Shown here one piece after another: positions 49,715 to 59,273 of a stretch of 64,000 bases of DNA (position 1 is its first letter; every line of letters starts with the position of its first letter). The stretch spans positions 2,607-66,606 of the forward strand of contig DAVZID010000007.1 of assembly GCA_052273485.1 (NCBI GenBank). The letters run 5' to 3'. The notes below the pieces were generated by a model. The model was not told the origin of the DNA, did no database searches, and worked only from the letters and a program-made list of their open reading frames with translations. The position numbers and the translations under genes were made by a program. The DNA is from Lachnospiraceae bacterium. Lineage in GTDB: Bacteria > Bacillota > Clostridia > Lachnospirales > Lachnospiraceae.

Positions 49715-51301
49715 TCAATTTTTGTTATTGACATCATAAAGACAAATTGCTTTTCTTGTATTGCAGCTTCTTGGTACTACATTTATGTCCTCTAATACAA
49801 GATTATCGATATGACGTGCCCAGATACCATATGCATCTACATCACCATGTGCATTGCTCTCTGGATAATCCTCCAAAAATTCATCAAACGTCTCAGGGAT
49901 CTCAACAATTTCCTCATTATCCCTATATACAACATGATAACTGCTTACAGTAATATTTTCAAGTGGTCTGCGAACAACACTTCCATCCTTTTTAGTTGTT
50001 TCATATCCAGTTAAAATTGCCGGAACTTCTGCGTTGTCTGCATGAATATTTTCAATGCGGATATTTTTAATGCTGCCGCCCCAATAGCGATTTTCTCCCA
50101 CATTATCTGTATATGGCTCATTATAACGATTTCTCTTATTTAAGCAAATATACAGTGGACAGATAATCTTATCCATCGTAATATTTCTAATAGTTACGTC
50201 AGAAAGATTCGTTCCATCACATGACTCAAGTGAAATTCCAGAAACAGAACCAGGATAAATATCAGGCATGCAAAACATACAGTCTTCTACAAGAATATCA
50301 CTAATATCATTTGCTGTTTCTGTTCCAATTTTGAATGCGTTCATAACTGTCACAACAGTACATCTTTTTACATGTACATGTGTCATGGCACGTCCAGTAC
50401 GAATTGGATTTTTAATTACAATTCCGTCATCTGCACAGGAGATAAAACAATGATCTACTAATACATTGCCACTTGCATTAATATCAACACCGTCAGAATT
50501 TGCCACATGACGATTATCATCAATAACCATATTCTTAACTGTGATATTTTCACAACACTCAATATGAAGTGTCCAGCTCATTGAATCATATAAGATAATA
50601 TTGTCAAACGTAACATTTTTACTGTCCTGTACCCATACAAGTGCTGCCGGACGATTTAAATTTGGCTTGCCTTCACCATATTTGTCTTCTGAATAACGTA
50701 TTCTCTGTCTATAATAATAGCGAAGTGTTCCAGGAATAGTATTAATTTCTTTTGCCTGATCACGTCTTGGAAGGCGGCTTATATCAAATGGAGTCAATGC
50801 CGGCAGTTCCCGTGGCTCATACACATACCACTCACCACTTCCGTTAATACGTCCGCCACCAGTAATCGTCACATCCTCTGCATTCTTAACGCGTACAAAA
50901 GCACCCTCGCTCGACTCGCCCTTTCGATCATCAACCTGCTCTTTTTGCTTCGCCAGCAAAAGCTCCACATTTCTGGATGCCTTGATCTCAGAATCTTCTG
51001 CGATGAAAAGTGTCGTGTGAGACGGAATATATACCGTTCCCATACAATAGGAGCCACCCGCTACAAGAATCACACCACCGCCTGCTTTCTCACATGCTGC
51101 TGCAGCTGCTAAGAAAGCTTCGGTATTTAAAAGATCTTTTTCTGGTTTTGCGCCAAAATCGCGAATATCGAAAACCTTTTTTCCTTCTGGAAGCTTCTGA
51201 TTTTTATCGATAAATTCATCATATGGAAGTGCTTCATAATAATCACCCGGATAGATATTTCCTAATTCTGGGTAAGTGGGTGTATCATATGTGTTCTGCA
51301 T
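49715..51301 (-). CDS. GH28-like right-handed beta-helix glycosidase (cytoplasmic)
   Basis: The N-terminus FDIRDFGAKPEKDLLNTEAFLAAAAACEKAGGGVILVAGGSY has the pectate_lyase_3/GH28 pattern. The catalytic block is NSDGVDINASGNVLVDHCFISCADDGIVIKN. There is no signal peptide. Confidence 0.8.
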   Translation of the reverse strand: MQNTYDTPTYPELGNIYPGDYYEALPYDEFIDKNQKLPEGKKVFDIRDFGAKPEKDLLNTEAFLAAAAACEKAGGGVILVAGGSYCMGTVYIPSHTTLFIAEDSEIKASRNVELLLAKQKEQVDDRKGESSEGAFVRVKNAEDVTITGGGRINGSGEWYVYEPRELPALTPFDISRLPRRDQAKEINTIPGTLRYYYRQRIRYSEDKYGEGKPNLNRPAALVWVQDSKNVTFDNIILYDSMSWTLHIECCENITVKNMVIDDNRHVANSDGVDINASGNVLVDHCFISCADDGIVIKNPIRTGRAMTHVHVKRCTVVTVMNAFKIGTETANDISDILVEDCMFCMPDIYPGSVSGISLESCDGTNLSDVTIRNITMDKIICPLYICLNKRNRYNEPYTDNVGENRYWGGSIKNIRIENIHADNAEVPAILTGYETTKKDGSVVRRPLENITVSSYHVVYRDNEEIVEIPETFDEFLEDYPESNAHGDVDAYGIWARHIDNLVLEDINVVPRSCNTRKAICLYDVNNKN

Positions 51302-51318
51302 AACAGTGAATCCTTTCT

Positions 51319-51358
51319 AAAAAAGGCCAACAATTCGTACTACCACAAATTGTCGGCC
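51319..51358 (-). terminator. hairpin with T-tract between the ABC permease and the GH28 gene
   Basis: The minus strand reads GGCCGACAATT-N12-AATTGTTGGCC followed by TTTTTTAG. Confidence 0.65.
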
Positions 51359-51368
51359 TGTCTTTTTG

Positions 51369-52235
51369 TTAACCCTTTACTGCACCGGCTGTCAGACCGC
51401 CCATGAAGAAACGGCTAAAGCAACAGTAAACAATCAAAATTGGGACAATTGAAATTGTCGCACCTGCAAACATGATGTTCCATGCTGCAGTACCGTCTCC
51501 GGCATTCTTTAACATATTAACACCTACGGTCAGAGGACGAAGCTTATCATTAGTCATTGTAAATACAAGAGGAAGAATGTACTCGTTCCATCCCTGTCTG
51601 AAGGATAAAAGTGCAATTGTTGCCAAAATCGGCTTTAACATTGGAAGGATAATCTGATAATAAATTCTAAAGAATCCACATCCATCCATCTTTGCTGCCT
51701 CGTCAAGTTCCTTCGGAACGGAATTAACGAATCCACGGCATAAAAAGATAAACGTTGCCTGACCGCCGCCTGCTGAGATAATAGCAACAGCTAACAAGCT
51801 CTTATTCATCTTCAACTTAACAGCAAGCTCAAATAAAGGACGAAGGGAAACAGAACCAACATTGATAAACATAAATGCTACGAAAAGCATGTACAGAAGT
51901 TCCTTACCCTTAAAATTCTTTCTTGCAAATACATATCCTGCCATGCTGGCATTGATTAAAGAAATAAGCATAACAGCTAAACTTAAGAACACACTGTTCA
52001 TTGTATAAGTTGCAAAATTTGCCTGTTTCCATGCCTGCACATAGTTATCAAACACCCACTTGCTTGGCAAAATGCTTGAACCTCCGACAAGCAGCTCCTT
52101 ATTGTCCTTAAAGGAACCAAAGATAACATAGCATACAGGAAAGATTGTGATGATCGCCGCGAGTGCCAAAAACAGCCAGATGATCAGACGGACGATCTTC
52201 GTTCTTGTTGAATATACTGCATGAGTTTTTTCCAT
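51369..52235 (-). CDS. carbohydrate ABC transporter permease
   Basis: This 288-aa protein has 6 TM helices and the EAA loop PKELDEAAKMDGCGFFRIY. Confidence 0.9.
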   Translation of the reverse strand: MEKTHAVYSTRTKIVRLIIWLFLALAAIITIFPVCYVIFGSFKDNKELLVGGSSILPSKWVFDNYVQAWKQANFATYTMNSVFLSLAVMLISLINASMAGYVFARKNFKGKELLYMLFVAFMFINVGSVSLRPLFELAVKLKMNKSLLAVAIISAGGGQATFIFLCRGFVNSVPKELDEAAKMDGCGFFRIYYQIILPMLKPILATIALLSFRQGWNEYILPLVFTMTNDKLRPLTVGVNMLKNAGDGTAAWNIMFAGATISIVPILIVYCCFSRFFMGGLTAGAVKG

Positions 52236-52251
52236 CGTATCTCCTCCTAAT

Positions 52252-53184
52252 TTATACTACATCGTCAAGTTTCTTGGAAACAAACAGATAAACGCCAGTT
52301 ACAATACCTACGATTACTGCTGCAACAACACTAAGCAGTGCTCCATAACCGATCTGTGCCTGACTGGAGCTTCCAGCAGAACCAAAGATAATATTGTAAA
52401 TGTATAAGAACATTACCATAGAACGGTTGCCAGGTCCTCCATTTGTCAGAACCATGATTGCCTCGTAATCCTTAAATGCTCCAGTGATTGCAAGCATTAA
52501 AACAACCTTTAATACTGGTGCCAGCATTGGAAGTGTAATGCGGAAGAAGGTCTGCACGCCAGTTGCACCGTCAATCTTTGCACTCTCGTAAACATCCTCA
52601 GAAATACCAGTCATACCAGTGATAAAATACAGCATGTAATTACCAAAACCACCCCAGATTGCAAGAATCGTAACAGCTACCATAACAACATTCGGGCTGT
52701 TTAACCACTTGATCGGTGAATCAATCAGATGCATGTTCTGGAGCATTGAGTTTAAGATACCATTCTTTGTTGCAAAGATAAATCCAAAGATCATACCTGC
52801 AATAGAAGTACTGATGATAGTTGGCATGAAGTAAATTCCTCTAAATACAGAAGAACCTCTCAGTTTCTGGTTTAATAAAACTGCCATCAACAGAGCTAAC
52901 GGGATGATGAAAATCAGCTTATAGAATGCATATTCAAATGTATGCATAACACTATTCCAGAAAACTTTATCGTTCAGCATACGCTCAAAGTTTTTCCATC
53001 CTGTAAATGTAGACTTGAAACCATTGTAGTCACATGCTACATAGCGGAAAATCCAGATAAACGGATAGATGGAACACAGGCAAAGGAAAAATACTGCCGG
53101 TGCCAGCATAAGTGCTGCTGAAAAACTTCCGCTGCTTTTCGCTTTCTGGAACTTTTGTGAAAAAGTCATTTTTCTCTGGCTCAT
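52252..53184 (-). CDS. carbohydrate ABC transporter permease
   Basis: This 310-aa protein has 6 TM helices and the EAA-type loop EDVYESAKIDGATGVQTFFRITLP. Confidence 0.9.
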   Translation of the reverse strand: MSQRKMTFSQKFQKAKSSGSFSAALMLAPAVFFLCLCSIYPFIWIFRYVACDYNGFKSTFTGWKNFERMLNDKVFWNSVMHTFEYAFYKLIFIIPLALLMAVLLNQKLRGSSVFRGIYFMPTIISTSIAGMIFGFIFATKNGILNSMLQNMHLIDSPIKWLNSPNVVMVAVTILAIWGGFGNYMLYFITGMTGISEDVYESAKIDGATGVQTFFRITLPMLAPVLKVVLMLAITGAFKDYEAIMVLTNGGPGNRSMVMFLYIYNIIFGSAGSSSQAQIGYGALLSVVAAVIVGIVTGVYLFVSKKLDDVV

Positions 53185-53245
53185 AAAATCCTCCTTTTTT
53201 TCTTAGTTCACGTTTTTTCATCCCGTGAATAGATGCGATAAGAAA

Positions 53246-53284
53246 GGGAAAGCCGTCTCCTTATGTTTCGGAAACAGCCTTCCC
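53246..53284 (-). terminator. hairpin after the solute-binding-protein gene (partial terminator or mRNA stabiliser)
   Basis: The minus strand reads GGGAAGGCTGT-N17-ACGGCTTTCCC. The stem is 11 bp including two G-U pairs, and the tail is TTTCTTATC. Confidence 0.5.
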
Positions 53285-53320
53285 ATTTTATTCAGATGCC
53301 ATTATCAGGCTGTCTGTTTC

Positions 53321-54667
53321 TTATTTGTCAAGATAGGTTGCAGTTCCATCACTTGGATGAAGCGGATCGTAATCCTCAATTACAAGTCTCTTAACGCTGC
53401 CAGACTCAATATCTGCATCATATGCCTCATTGTAACGAGTATTCAGATCTTCGATTGCATCGTCAACATCAACATAACCCATAATTGCATTCCACATAAC
53501 AGTTCTGTAATCATCACCTGTCAGGTTAATGGTCGGTACTGCCGGGTATACAGACTCATAGTCAAGTAAAGAGAAGTCTGCCAGACGGCCAATCTTAGAC
53601 TTATCGATCTTCTCATCCATATAAGAAGTAATTGGCAGACAGTAACCATTCTCTAAGTATCCCTTTAAAAATTCCTCAGACTGGAAGTACTGAATTACCT
53701 TCCAAGCCTCATCTGGATGCTCACTGGAAGACATGATTGCATAGCCCTTAGACGGTGTTGTCTGAAGTGCGCCCTTAATCTCGCCGTCAAGAGATGGAAC
53801 CTCTGCTACGCCCCACTCAAAGTCTTCGATTGGCAGCTGGCTGGTGAATACACCTGCCTCCTGAGAAGCGTTGCCCCACAGTGCAAACTCGCCTTCTGCA
53901 AATAATGCTCTCATGTTATCAACGCCCTGCTGATCCGGGTAAGCAATTTCCTCATCGATGAATCTCTTGCCCTTCTCAAGGATTTCCTTGTAACCGCTGA
54001 AATCGAACTTGCCATTTACATAGTCATAGTAATAAATACCAGATACCTGAGCCATCATCTCAAGCTGACGCTCAAATGGAGAAGATGAAGTAAATCCGAT
54101 TCCATAATACTCGCCGTTTCCATCCTCAGTGATCTTCTTTGCCATATCAATGTACTCGTCAAGCGTCTTCGGAATTTCTGTATATCCGCTCTTCTCTAAC
54201 AGATCCTTATTGTACTCAATACGAACACCAGATCTCATACCAGAATATACCCAGTACAGATTACCATCCATGTAGTTCAAGCCCTCATATGCATGCTCAT
54301 ATGGCTCGTTAACCTTCTGGTACTCCTCATCTGCATCGATGTAATCGTTTAACGGAACAAGCATATCGTTATCTACGAAATTCTTTAATGTTACACTCTG
54401 TCCAATGATATCCGGTGCTGTACCGCCTGTGTAAGCAAGAGAGATCATGTTCTCATAATCATCTGTGATGATCTGCATATCAATGTAGATATTGTCTGTG
54501 TTCTCCTTGTTGTACTTTTCTACCATCTCAGTCATATACTCACTGTCATGACGGTCATTTACCCAGTAAGTGATGGTAGTTACATCATCTGCCATTGCCG
54601 GAACTACACCGATCGTACCCATTGCCATTGCTGCACAAAGTGCAAGGCTCATACCTCTTCTTTTCAT
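53321..54667 (-). CDS. extracellular solute-binding protein of a sugar ABC transporter
   Basis: This 448-aa protein has an N-terminal signal sequence (MKRRGMSLALCAAMAMGTIGVVPAMA). Its size and composition fit family-1 SBPs. Confidence 0.88.
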   Translation of the reverse strand: MKRRGMSLALCAAMAMGTIGVVPAMADDVTTITYWVNDRHDSEYMTEMVEKYNKENTDNIYIDMQIITDDYENMISLAYTGGTAPDIIGQSVTLKNFVDNDMLVPLNDYIDADEEYQKVNEPYEHAYEGLNYMDGNLYWVYSGMRSGVRIEYNKDLLEKSGYTEIPKTLDEYIDMAKKITEDGNGEYYGIGFTSSSPFERQLEMMAQVSGIYYYDYVNGKFDFSGYKEILEKGKRFIDEEIAYPDQQGVDNMRALFAEGEFALWGNASQEAGVFTSQLPIEDFEWGVAEVPSLDGEIKGALQTTPSKGYAIMSSSEHPDEAWKVIQYFQSEEFLKGYLENGYCLPITSYMDEKIDKSKIGRLADFSLLDYESVYPAVPTINLTGDDYRTVMWNAIMGYVDVDDAIEDLNTRYNEAYDADIESGSVKRLVIEDYDPLHPSDGTATYLDK

Positions 54668-54751
54668 TAGAAAGTCCTCCTTAAATTCCTTTACAGCTTA
54701 TCCAGTTTCACAATAAAACTCGGATTGCTGTTTGCTATAGTTATGTTTTAT

Positions 54752-54816
54752 CATGAATTGTAACAATTCTCAACATCATTTTCCATGGATTATGTAACAC
54801 TTTCCATCATGTGACA
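54752..54816. promoter_or_regulatory. three related boxes CAT-N3-7-TGTRACA, candidate response-regulator sites
   Basis: The boxes are CATGAATTGTAACA (54752), TTTCCATGGATTATGTAACA (54780) and TTTCCATCATGTGACA (54801). The TTTCCAT cores are 21 bp apart. The boxes lie 85-150 nt upstream of the SBP gene. Confidence 0.4.
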
Positions 54817-54872
54817 TTTTTCAATTATTCATATTGTTATATGGCATCCATGATTTGGCTTACGTTTAAAAG

Positions 54873-54901
54873 TTGCTTTTCTGCTCCATTCATGTTAAAA
54901 T
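54873..54901 (+). promoter_or_regulatory. sigma-A type promoter for the two-component system operon
   Basis: The sequence is TTGCTT, a 17-nt spacer, then TAAAAT. Confidence 0.45.
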
Positions 54902-54965
54902 AGTATTAGTATGTGTGCGTAACAAACATAAAGTACCAAAAATTTCAAAACAAGGAGGAACTTTC

Positions 54966-56528
54966 ATGGAATCCATTTCTATCCGGGTTCTGCTTGCTGA
55001 TGATGAGGCTGCCATTCGAAACGGGCTCCAAAATGCCATTCCCTGGGAGCAATACCATGCTAAGGTAGTAGCTGCTGCTTCTAACGGCCAGGAGGCACTT
55101 GATTTAATCAGAAGCTATCTCCCGGATCTTGTTATAATTGATATTAAAATGCCTCAAATTGATGGACTTGAGGTAATCCGCCAAACTAAAGCTGCAGGAA
55201 TAACCTGTCGTTTTTTAATTTTAAGCGGATATGACGATTTTTACCTTGCACAAAAAGCAATTCGCTATGGTGCAAACGGCTATTTTTTAAAGCCGTTAAA
55301 GATTGAAGAATTTAAGGATGAGCTATCTCGTCAGTATGCCGAGATTCTCTCACATCATCATTCTTCTTCTGCTGCGAAAAATTTAGATGAATTAATGGAA
55401 AGTTCTAAAATTTTCTTTTTGAATCAGCTTCTATTAAATGAGATTCGCGATGACAGTGAGATAAAACGGCGCCGCACGATGCTTTCTCTTACGCTGTTTG
55501 ATACTCCGTATCGCGTTATTGTCTGTTCAGCAGCAACCTCAAATGACAAGCTCTTGCATGCGCTTAAACTGGCAAAGCCTCTGTTTATCAGTGCTTTTTC
55601 TGACCGGTCTATTGAAGCCTGGATTCTTCGTGAAAAGCAGCTTGTACTTCTTATTTCTGACGCTCAAAATAAGGAGCTTTGTGCAATCAAAGAAGTGATT
55701 GCAAGTATACTTTGCCATTTAAAGCAGCAAACTGGTATCCGTTTTTATACTGCTATCAGTACACTTGCCGATCAGACTGAACAGGCTGCTGCCGCTTACA
55801 CAGATGCCCTTCGTGCATTGTCCTATCACATATACGAATGTGAAAATGATGTATATGATGATACTATGATATGTCGTCAAAAGCCTTCATTTTCTCCTTC
55901 GTCAATTGCATATGATCCAATGATTGCCTGCATTGAGCGCAATGATCCTGACGAAATAAAAAAATGTTGTGCCCAATTTGTACACTCGCTCTTTTTCACA
56001 CAACTGCCTCCGCCTGATTTTATCCGCGGCATGTGTATTCACGTACTGACAAACATCCGTGTACGTTTTCTTGCAAAACACACAGAACTTTCACCAGAAG
56101 ATCCTATACGCCCAGATGATGTGCTGTTATGTCACACAATCACAGAACTGATTGAATGGCTTGCCGCTGGTTTTCTGTCGCTTTCAGAAAGCTATAAACG
56201 CCAAAAAAAATCCTCAGATCCTATTATTGAAACTGCTAAAGAATATATAAAAAATCATATAAGCAGTAATTTAAAAGCAAAGGATGTAGCTGCCACTGTC
56301 AACTTAAGTGAATCTTATTTTACGATTTACTTTAAAACAAAAACCGGACAAAATTTCCGTGATTATGTACTGAATGCCCGAACAGATCTTGCCAAAAAGC
56401 TTCTTTTAGAGCAGCGCCTGAGTATCAGTGAGATTGCTTATGCGACTGGCTATCAAGACTACCGCTCCTTCTCAAGAGCTTTTAAAAATGTCACTGGAAT
56501 TTCTCCTTCTGACTATCAAAACCGATAG
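54966..56528 (+). CDS. response regulator with AraC-type HTH output (YesN-like)
   Basis: The start at MESISIRVLLADDE follows AAGGAGG. The REC domain carries IIDIKMPQIDG. The C-terminal AraC HTH reads ISEIAYATGYQDYRSFSRAFK. Confidence 0.9.
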   Translation: MESISIRVLLADDEAAIRNGLQNAIPWEQYHAKVVAAASNGQEALDLIRSYLPDLVIIDIKMPQIDGLEVIRQTKAAGITCRFLILSGYDDFYLAQKAIRYGANGYFLKPLKIEEFKDELSRQYAEILSHHHSSSAAKNLDELMESSKIFFLNQLLLNEIRDDSEIKRRRTMLSLTLFDTPYRVIVCSAATSNDKLLHALKLAKPLFISAFSDRSIEAWILREKQLVLLISDAQNKELCAIKEVIASILCHLKQQTGIRFYTAISTLADQTEQAAAAYTDALRALSYHIYECENDVYDDTMICRQKPSFSPSSIAYDPMIACIERNDPDEIKKCCAQFVHSLFFTQLPPPDFIRGMCIHVLTNIRVRFLAKHTELSPEDPIRPDDVLLCHTITELIEWLAAGFLSLSESYKRQKKSSDPIIETAKEYIKNHISSNLKAKDVAATVNLSESYFTIYFKTKTGQNFRDYVLNARTDLAKKLLLEQRLSISEIAYATGYQDYRSFSRAFKNVTGISPSDYQNR

Positions 56529-56554
56529 TACAGACCACAATACAATACTTTTAT

Positions 56555-58390
56555 ATGACGATGAAACAATTGAAAAAATTTATTGATCATTTTCGGCCCT
56601 CACGCCATATCATGATAAAAAGCTGGTTTGCCACTACACTTATTGTTGTGGCAAGCCTGCTTTTCATCAGTCTTGGATCACAGGTCTTTTTACGGAATTA
56701 TTTTTTATCACATGCACTGGCACGCGCTGAAAATAACACAGCCAGCACGGCTCAGGCATTTGAAAATGCACTTTATTCTATAACGACTCGATTTGTTGAT
56801 ATTTGTGGAACAACTGAATTTAAAAACAGATTTTCACGAATACGACGCTGCAAAAATGAAGATTACACTAAACTTAACAGTGATCTTCAGGATACACTTC
56901 ACGATCTGTATGTATCTAATTCGCTTATTCGCTCTGCCCTAATTACAAGCAAAACAGGAATGATTTATCACCGCTTTAGTGAAAAGCTTTTTACAACTAC
57001 TGACTATACACTTGGAAATCCAGCCGAGTCCATATGCGGCATAACTATACTTCCTGAGCAGACAAGCCCATTTTTAGATCAGCAGACTGTAATTCCTATT
57101 GCCATTCCTCTTACCTATATGGAAAATACAACCATTGTGATTGTAGCAGACAGCATTGAGTCATCTGATGCCATTTTATTTCTCTTGCTTGATGCTGGAA
57201 TGGTTCGCGATTTTCTTCACACCTATAGTAATCGAAGCTTAGAAGGGTCTTACTATCTGCTTGACTCCGGTAATCTTATCGCAGATGCCTCAAGAACTAA
57301 TGCAAAATTGCCTGACAGTGATGTATTTCGTCCTCTGCCAAATCGCAAGGATGCCCTTACAATTGAACAAAAAGATGCTTATCTGATCTTAAACCGAATT
57401 GGAAACAGATCGCTTTGTCTGGCCAATTTAATTTCTATGGACCAGCTGCTGTCATCGCTTCACACCATTCAGTCTTATCTGTATCTTGCTATTTTAGTTG
57501 TACTTTTAACAATCACTGTCGGTACACTGATTGCCTCCAATCTGATTACCAGATCACTCTCAAAGCTGATCAGTGCTGTGTCTGCAATTGAAAATCAGAC
57601 TTATGATTCAAGTCAGATTTTAACTCAGTCAGACGAACTTGGTCAGCTAAGCAAGTCGCTTGATTCCATGTATCAGACAATTCAGCTGCAAATCGAACAG
57701 ATTAAACAGGAACGTCAGGCCAAATACAATGCTGAGATACGACTTTTTTCAGAGCAGATCAATCCACATTTTCTATATAACACGCTTGAATATATAAATA
57801 TGGAAGTCTACGGCAATCACACAAAAAATGCCTCCATGATGATTCAAAACTTAGCTGACTTTATGCGGATCGGTCTTAATTTCGGTGGTGAACTTATTCC
57901 AATCTCAAAGGAACTTGCACACGTTCAGGCATATGTCAATATCATGAATTACCGTTTCAGCCATAAGATATGCTTTACGACTGACATTTCAAAAGAGCTG
58001 CTATCATATGAAATTTTAAAAATCATTCTTCAGCCGCTCGTTGAAAACTCAATTCGTCATGGATTTGGACTTGATAACAGTTCCAATTATCTTGATTTAC
58101 CGTCTATAAAAATTGAGGGATACCGTGACGATCCATGGCTATATCTTCGCGTCATTGACAATGGTTCAGGAATTGATATTGAAAGAGCGACACAAATTTT
58201 ACATACTGGTACAGATGGTCAAAAACATGTTGGTCTTAATAATGTCTACCAAAGACTAGTATTTTTCTATGGAAAAGCGGCACAGATCACTTTTTCTTCT
58301 ATTCCATACTATGAAAATATTGTACAGATCAGGATCCCCTTTATTTATCCGATTACTGATTTTGAGGAGGAACACATTGAAACAAAATAA
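56555..58390 (+). CDS. sensor histidine kinase (YesM-like)
   Basis: This 611-aa protein has two TM helices flanking a sensor domain, then a HAMP region. The H-box is QINPHFLYNTLE, the N-box is VENSIRHG and the G-box is DNGSGI. Confidence 0.9.
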   Translation: MTMKQLKKFIDHFRPSRHIMIKSWFATTLIVVASLLFISLGSQVFLRNYFLSHALARAENNTASTAQAFENALYSITTRFVDICGTTEFKNRFSRIRRCKNEDYTKLNSDLQDTLHDLYVSNSLIRSALITSKTGMIYHRFSEKLFTTTDYTLGNPAESICGITILPEQTSPFLDQQTVIPIAIPLTYMENTTIVIVADSIESSDAILFLLLDAGMVRDFLHTYSNRSLEGSYYLLDSGNLIADASRTNAKLPDSDVFRPLPNRKDALTIEQKDAYLILNRIGNRSLCLANLISMDQLLSSLHTIQSYLYLAILVVLLTITVGTLIASNLITRSLSKLISAVSAIENQTYDSSQILTQSDELGQLSKSLDSMYQTIQLQIEQIKQERQAKYNAEIRLFSEQINPHFLYNTLEYINMEVYGNHTKNASMMIQNLADFMRIGLNFGGELIPISKELAHVQAYVNIMNYRFSHKICFTTDISKELLSYEILKIILQPLVENSIRHGFGLDNSSNYLDLPSIKIEGYRDDPWLYLRVIDNGSGIDIERATQILHTGTDGQKHVGLNNVYQRLVFFYGKAAQITFSSIPYYENIVQIRIPFIYPITDFEEEHIETK

Positions 58391-59078
58391 TACAAATAAA
58401 ACCTTTAAAACTGAGCTTGCAAAATTAAAACAGATGAACATGGAAGACCGCATATGGTATATCTGGGAATATTATAAGCTCCAGATTTTTGCAGTTTTTC
58501 TAGTCATATTTCTTTTATATGAAGCAGGCGCTTGCATCTACCGTAACCTTCAGGATACTATGCTTTACTGCGTAACAGTAAATGAAACAAGTCTTCTCTC
58601 CTCTGATTTTTCTGTCGTTCAAAAGGAATTTGAAGAAAAAAATGGTTTTGACAAAACTTGGAAGCAAAACACTATTTTTGACTGTTCTTTATCTGTTGAT
58701 GACAGCAACAAAGAAGTTTATGACCAGTATTATAACACCGCATCAAACATTAAGCTAACCTCGCTTCTTGCAACTGATACGGTAGACGTTTTAATTACAG
58801 TTCCACAAATGTTTTCCTACTACACGGCACAAAATGCCTGCCTTGATCTTTCTTCTTTTCTTTCTGAGGATTTATATGAAAAACTCGAAAAAGAAAACCG
58901 TCTTTTAACAGCAGTTGACGGCGACGGAAATAAAATCTGTACAGGAATTTCACTAGATGACAGTTACGTTTCGTCTAAACTTCCACTCTCAGACGGATCC
59001 TCTCTTTCTGTCTGCACTGACAAAAATCATCCAGATGTTATTCAATATTTTATAAAATATTGTCTTTGGGGAAAATAA
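58377..59078 (+). CDS. membrane-anchored hypothetical protein downstream of the kinase
   Basis: The TTG at 58377 lies 7 nt after GAGGAGG and overlaps the kinase stop. ATG alternatives (MNMEDR) lie about 60 nt downstream. One TM helix is present (LQIFAVFLVIFLLY). Confidence 0.6.
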   Translation: MKQNNTNKTFKTELAKLKQMNMEDRIWYIWEYYKLQIFAVFLVIFLLYEAGACIYRNLQDTMLYCVTVNETSLLSSDFSVVQKEFEEKNGFDKTWKQNTIFDCSLSVDDSNKEVYDQYYNTASNIKLTSLLATDTVDVLITVPQMFSYYTAQNACLDLSSFLSEDLYEKLEKENRLLTAVDGDGNKICTGISLDDSYVSSKLPLSDGSSLSVCTDKNHPDVIQYFIKYCLWGK

Positions 59079-59081
59079 TTA

Positions 59082-59273
59082 GTTACAGTTCATGGATAAG
59101 CCAATATTGCGGCAAAGCCCGAAGGTGAATGGCTTTCACGAGCCGGACACTTGGAGCAGGTCTTTCAAAGTAATGTTTGATAACAAAAAACATAACAGGA
59201 GCCTGCGGAGTTTGGTCCGGCGACGAAACCATTGCACCGGAGGGCTTTCATAGCATAACGCATGAACTGTAAC
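59082..59273. mobile_element. 192-bp MITE-like non-coding palindromic element
   Basis: The perfect 13-bp terminal inverted repeats are GTTACAGTTCATG and CATGAACTGTAAC. Identical 8-mers AATAATTA flank the element at 59074-59081 and 59274-59281. The interior pairs almost end to end. Confidence 0.7.

Noticed and set aside
59082-59273. Retron msr-msd ncRNA or 6S-like RNA as an explanation for the inverted-repeat-flanked structured element.
   Set aside because: No reverse transcriptase gene lies anywhere nearby. The element has no large central bubble typical of 6S RNA. The perfect 8-bp direct-repeat flanks favour an insertion event. An RNA role remains possible but is unsupported.
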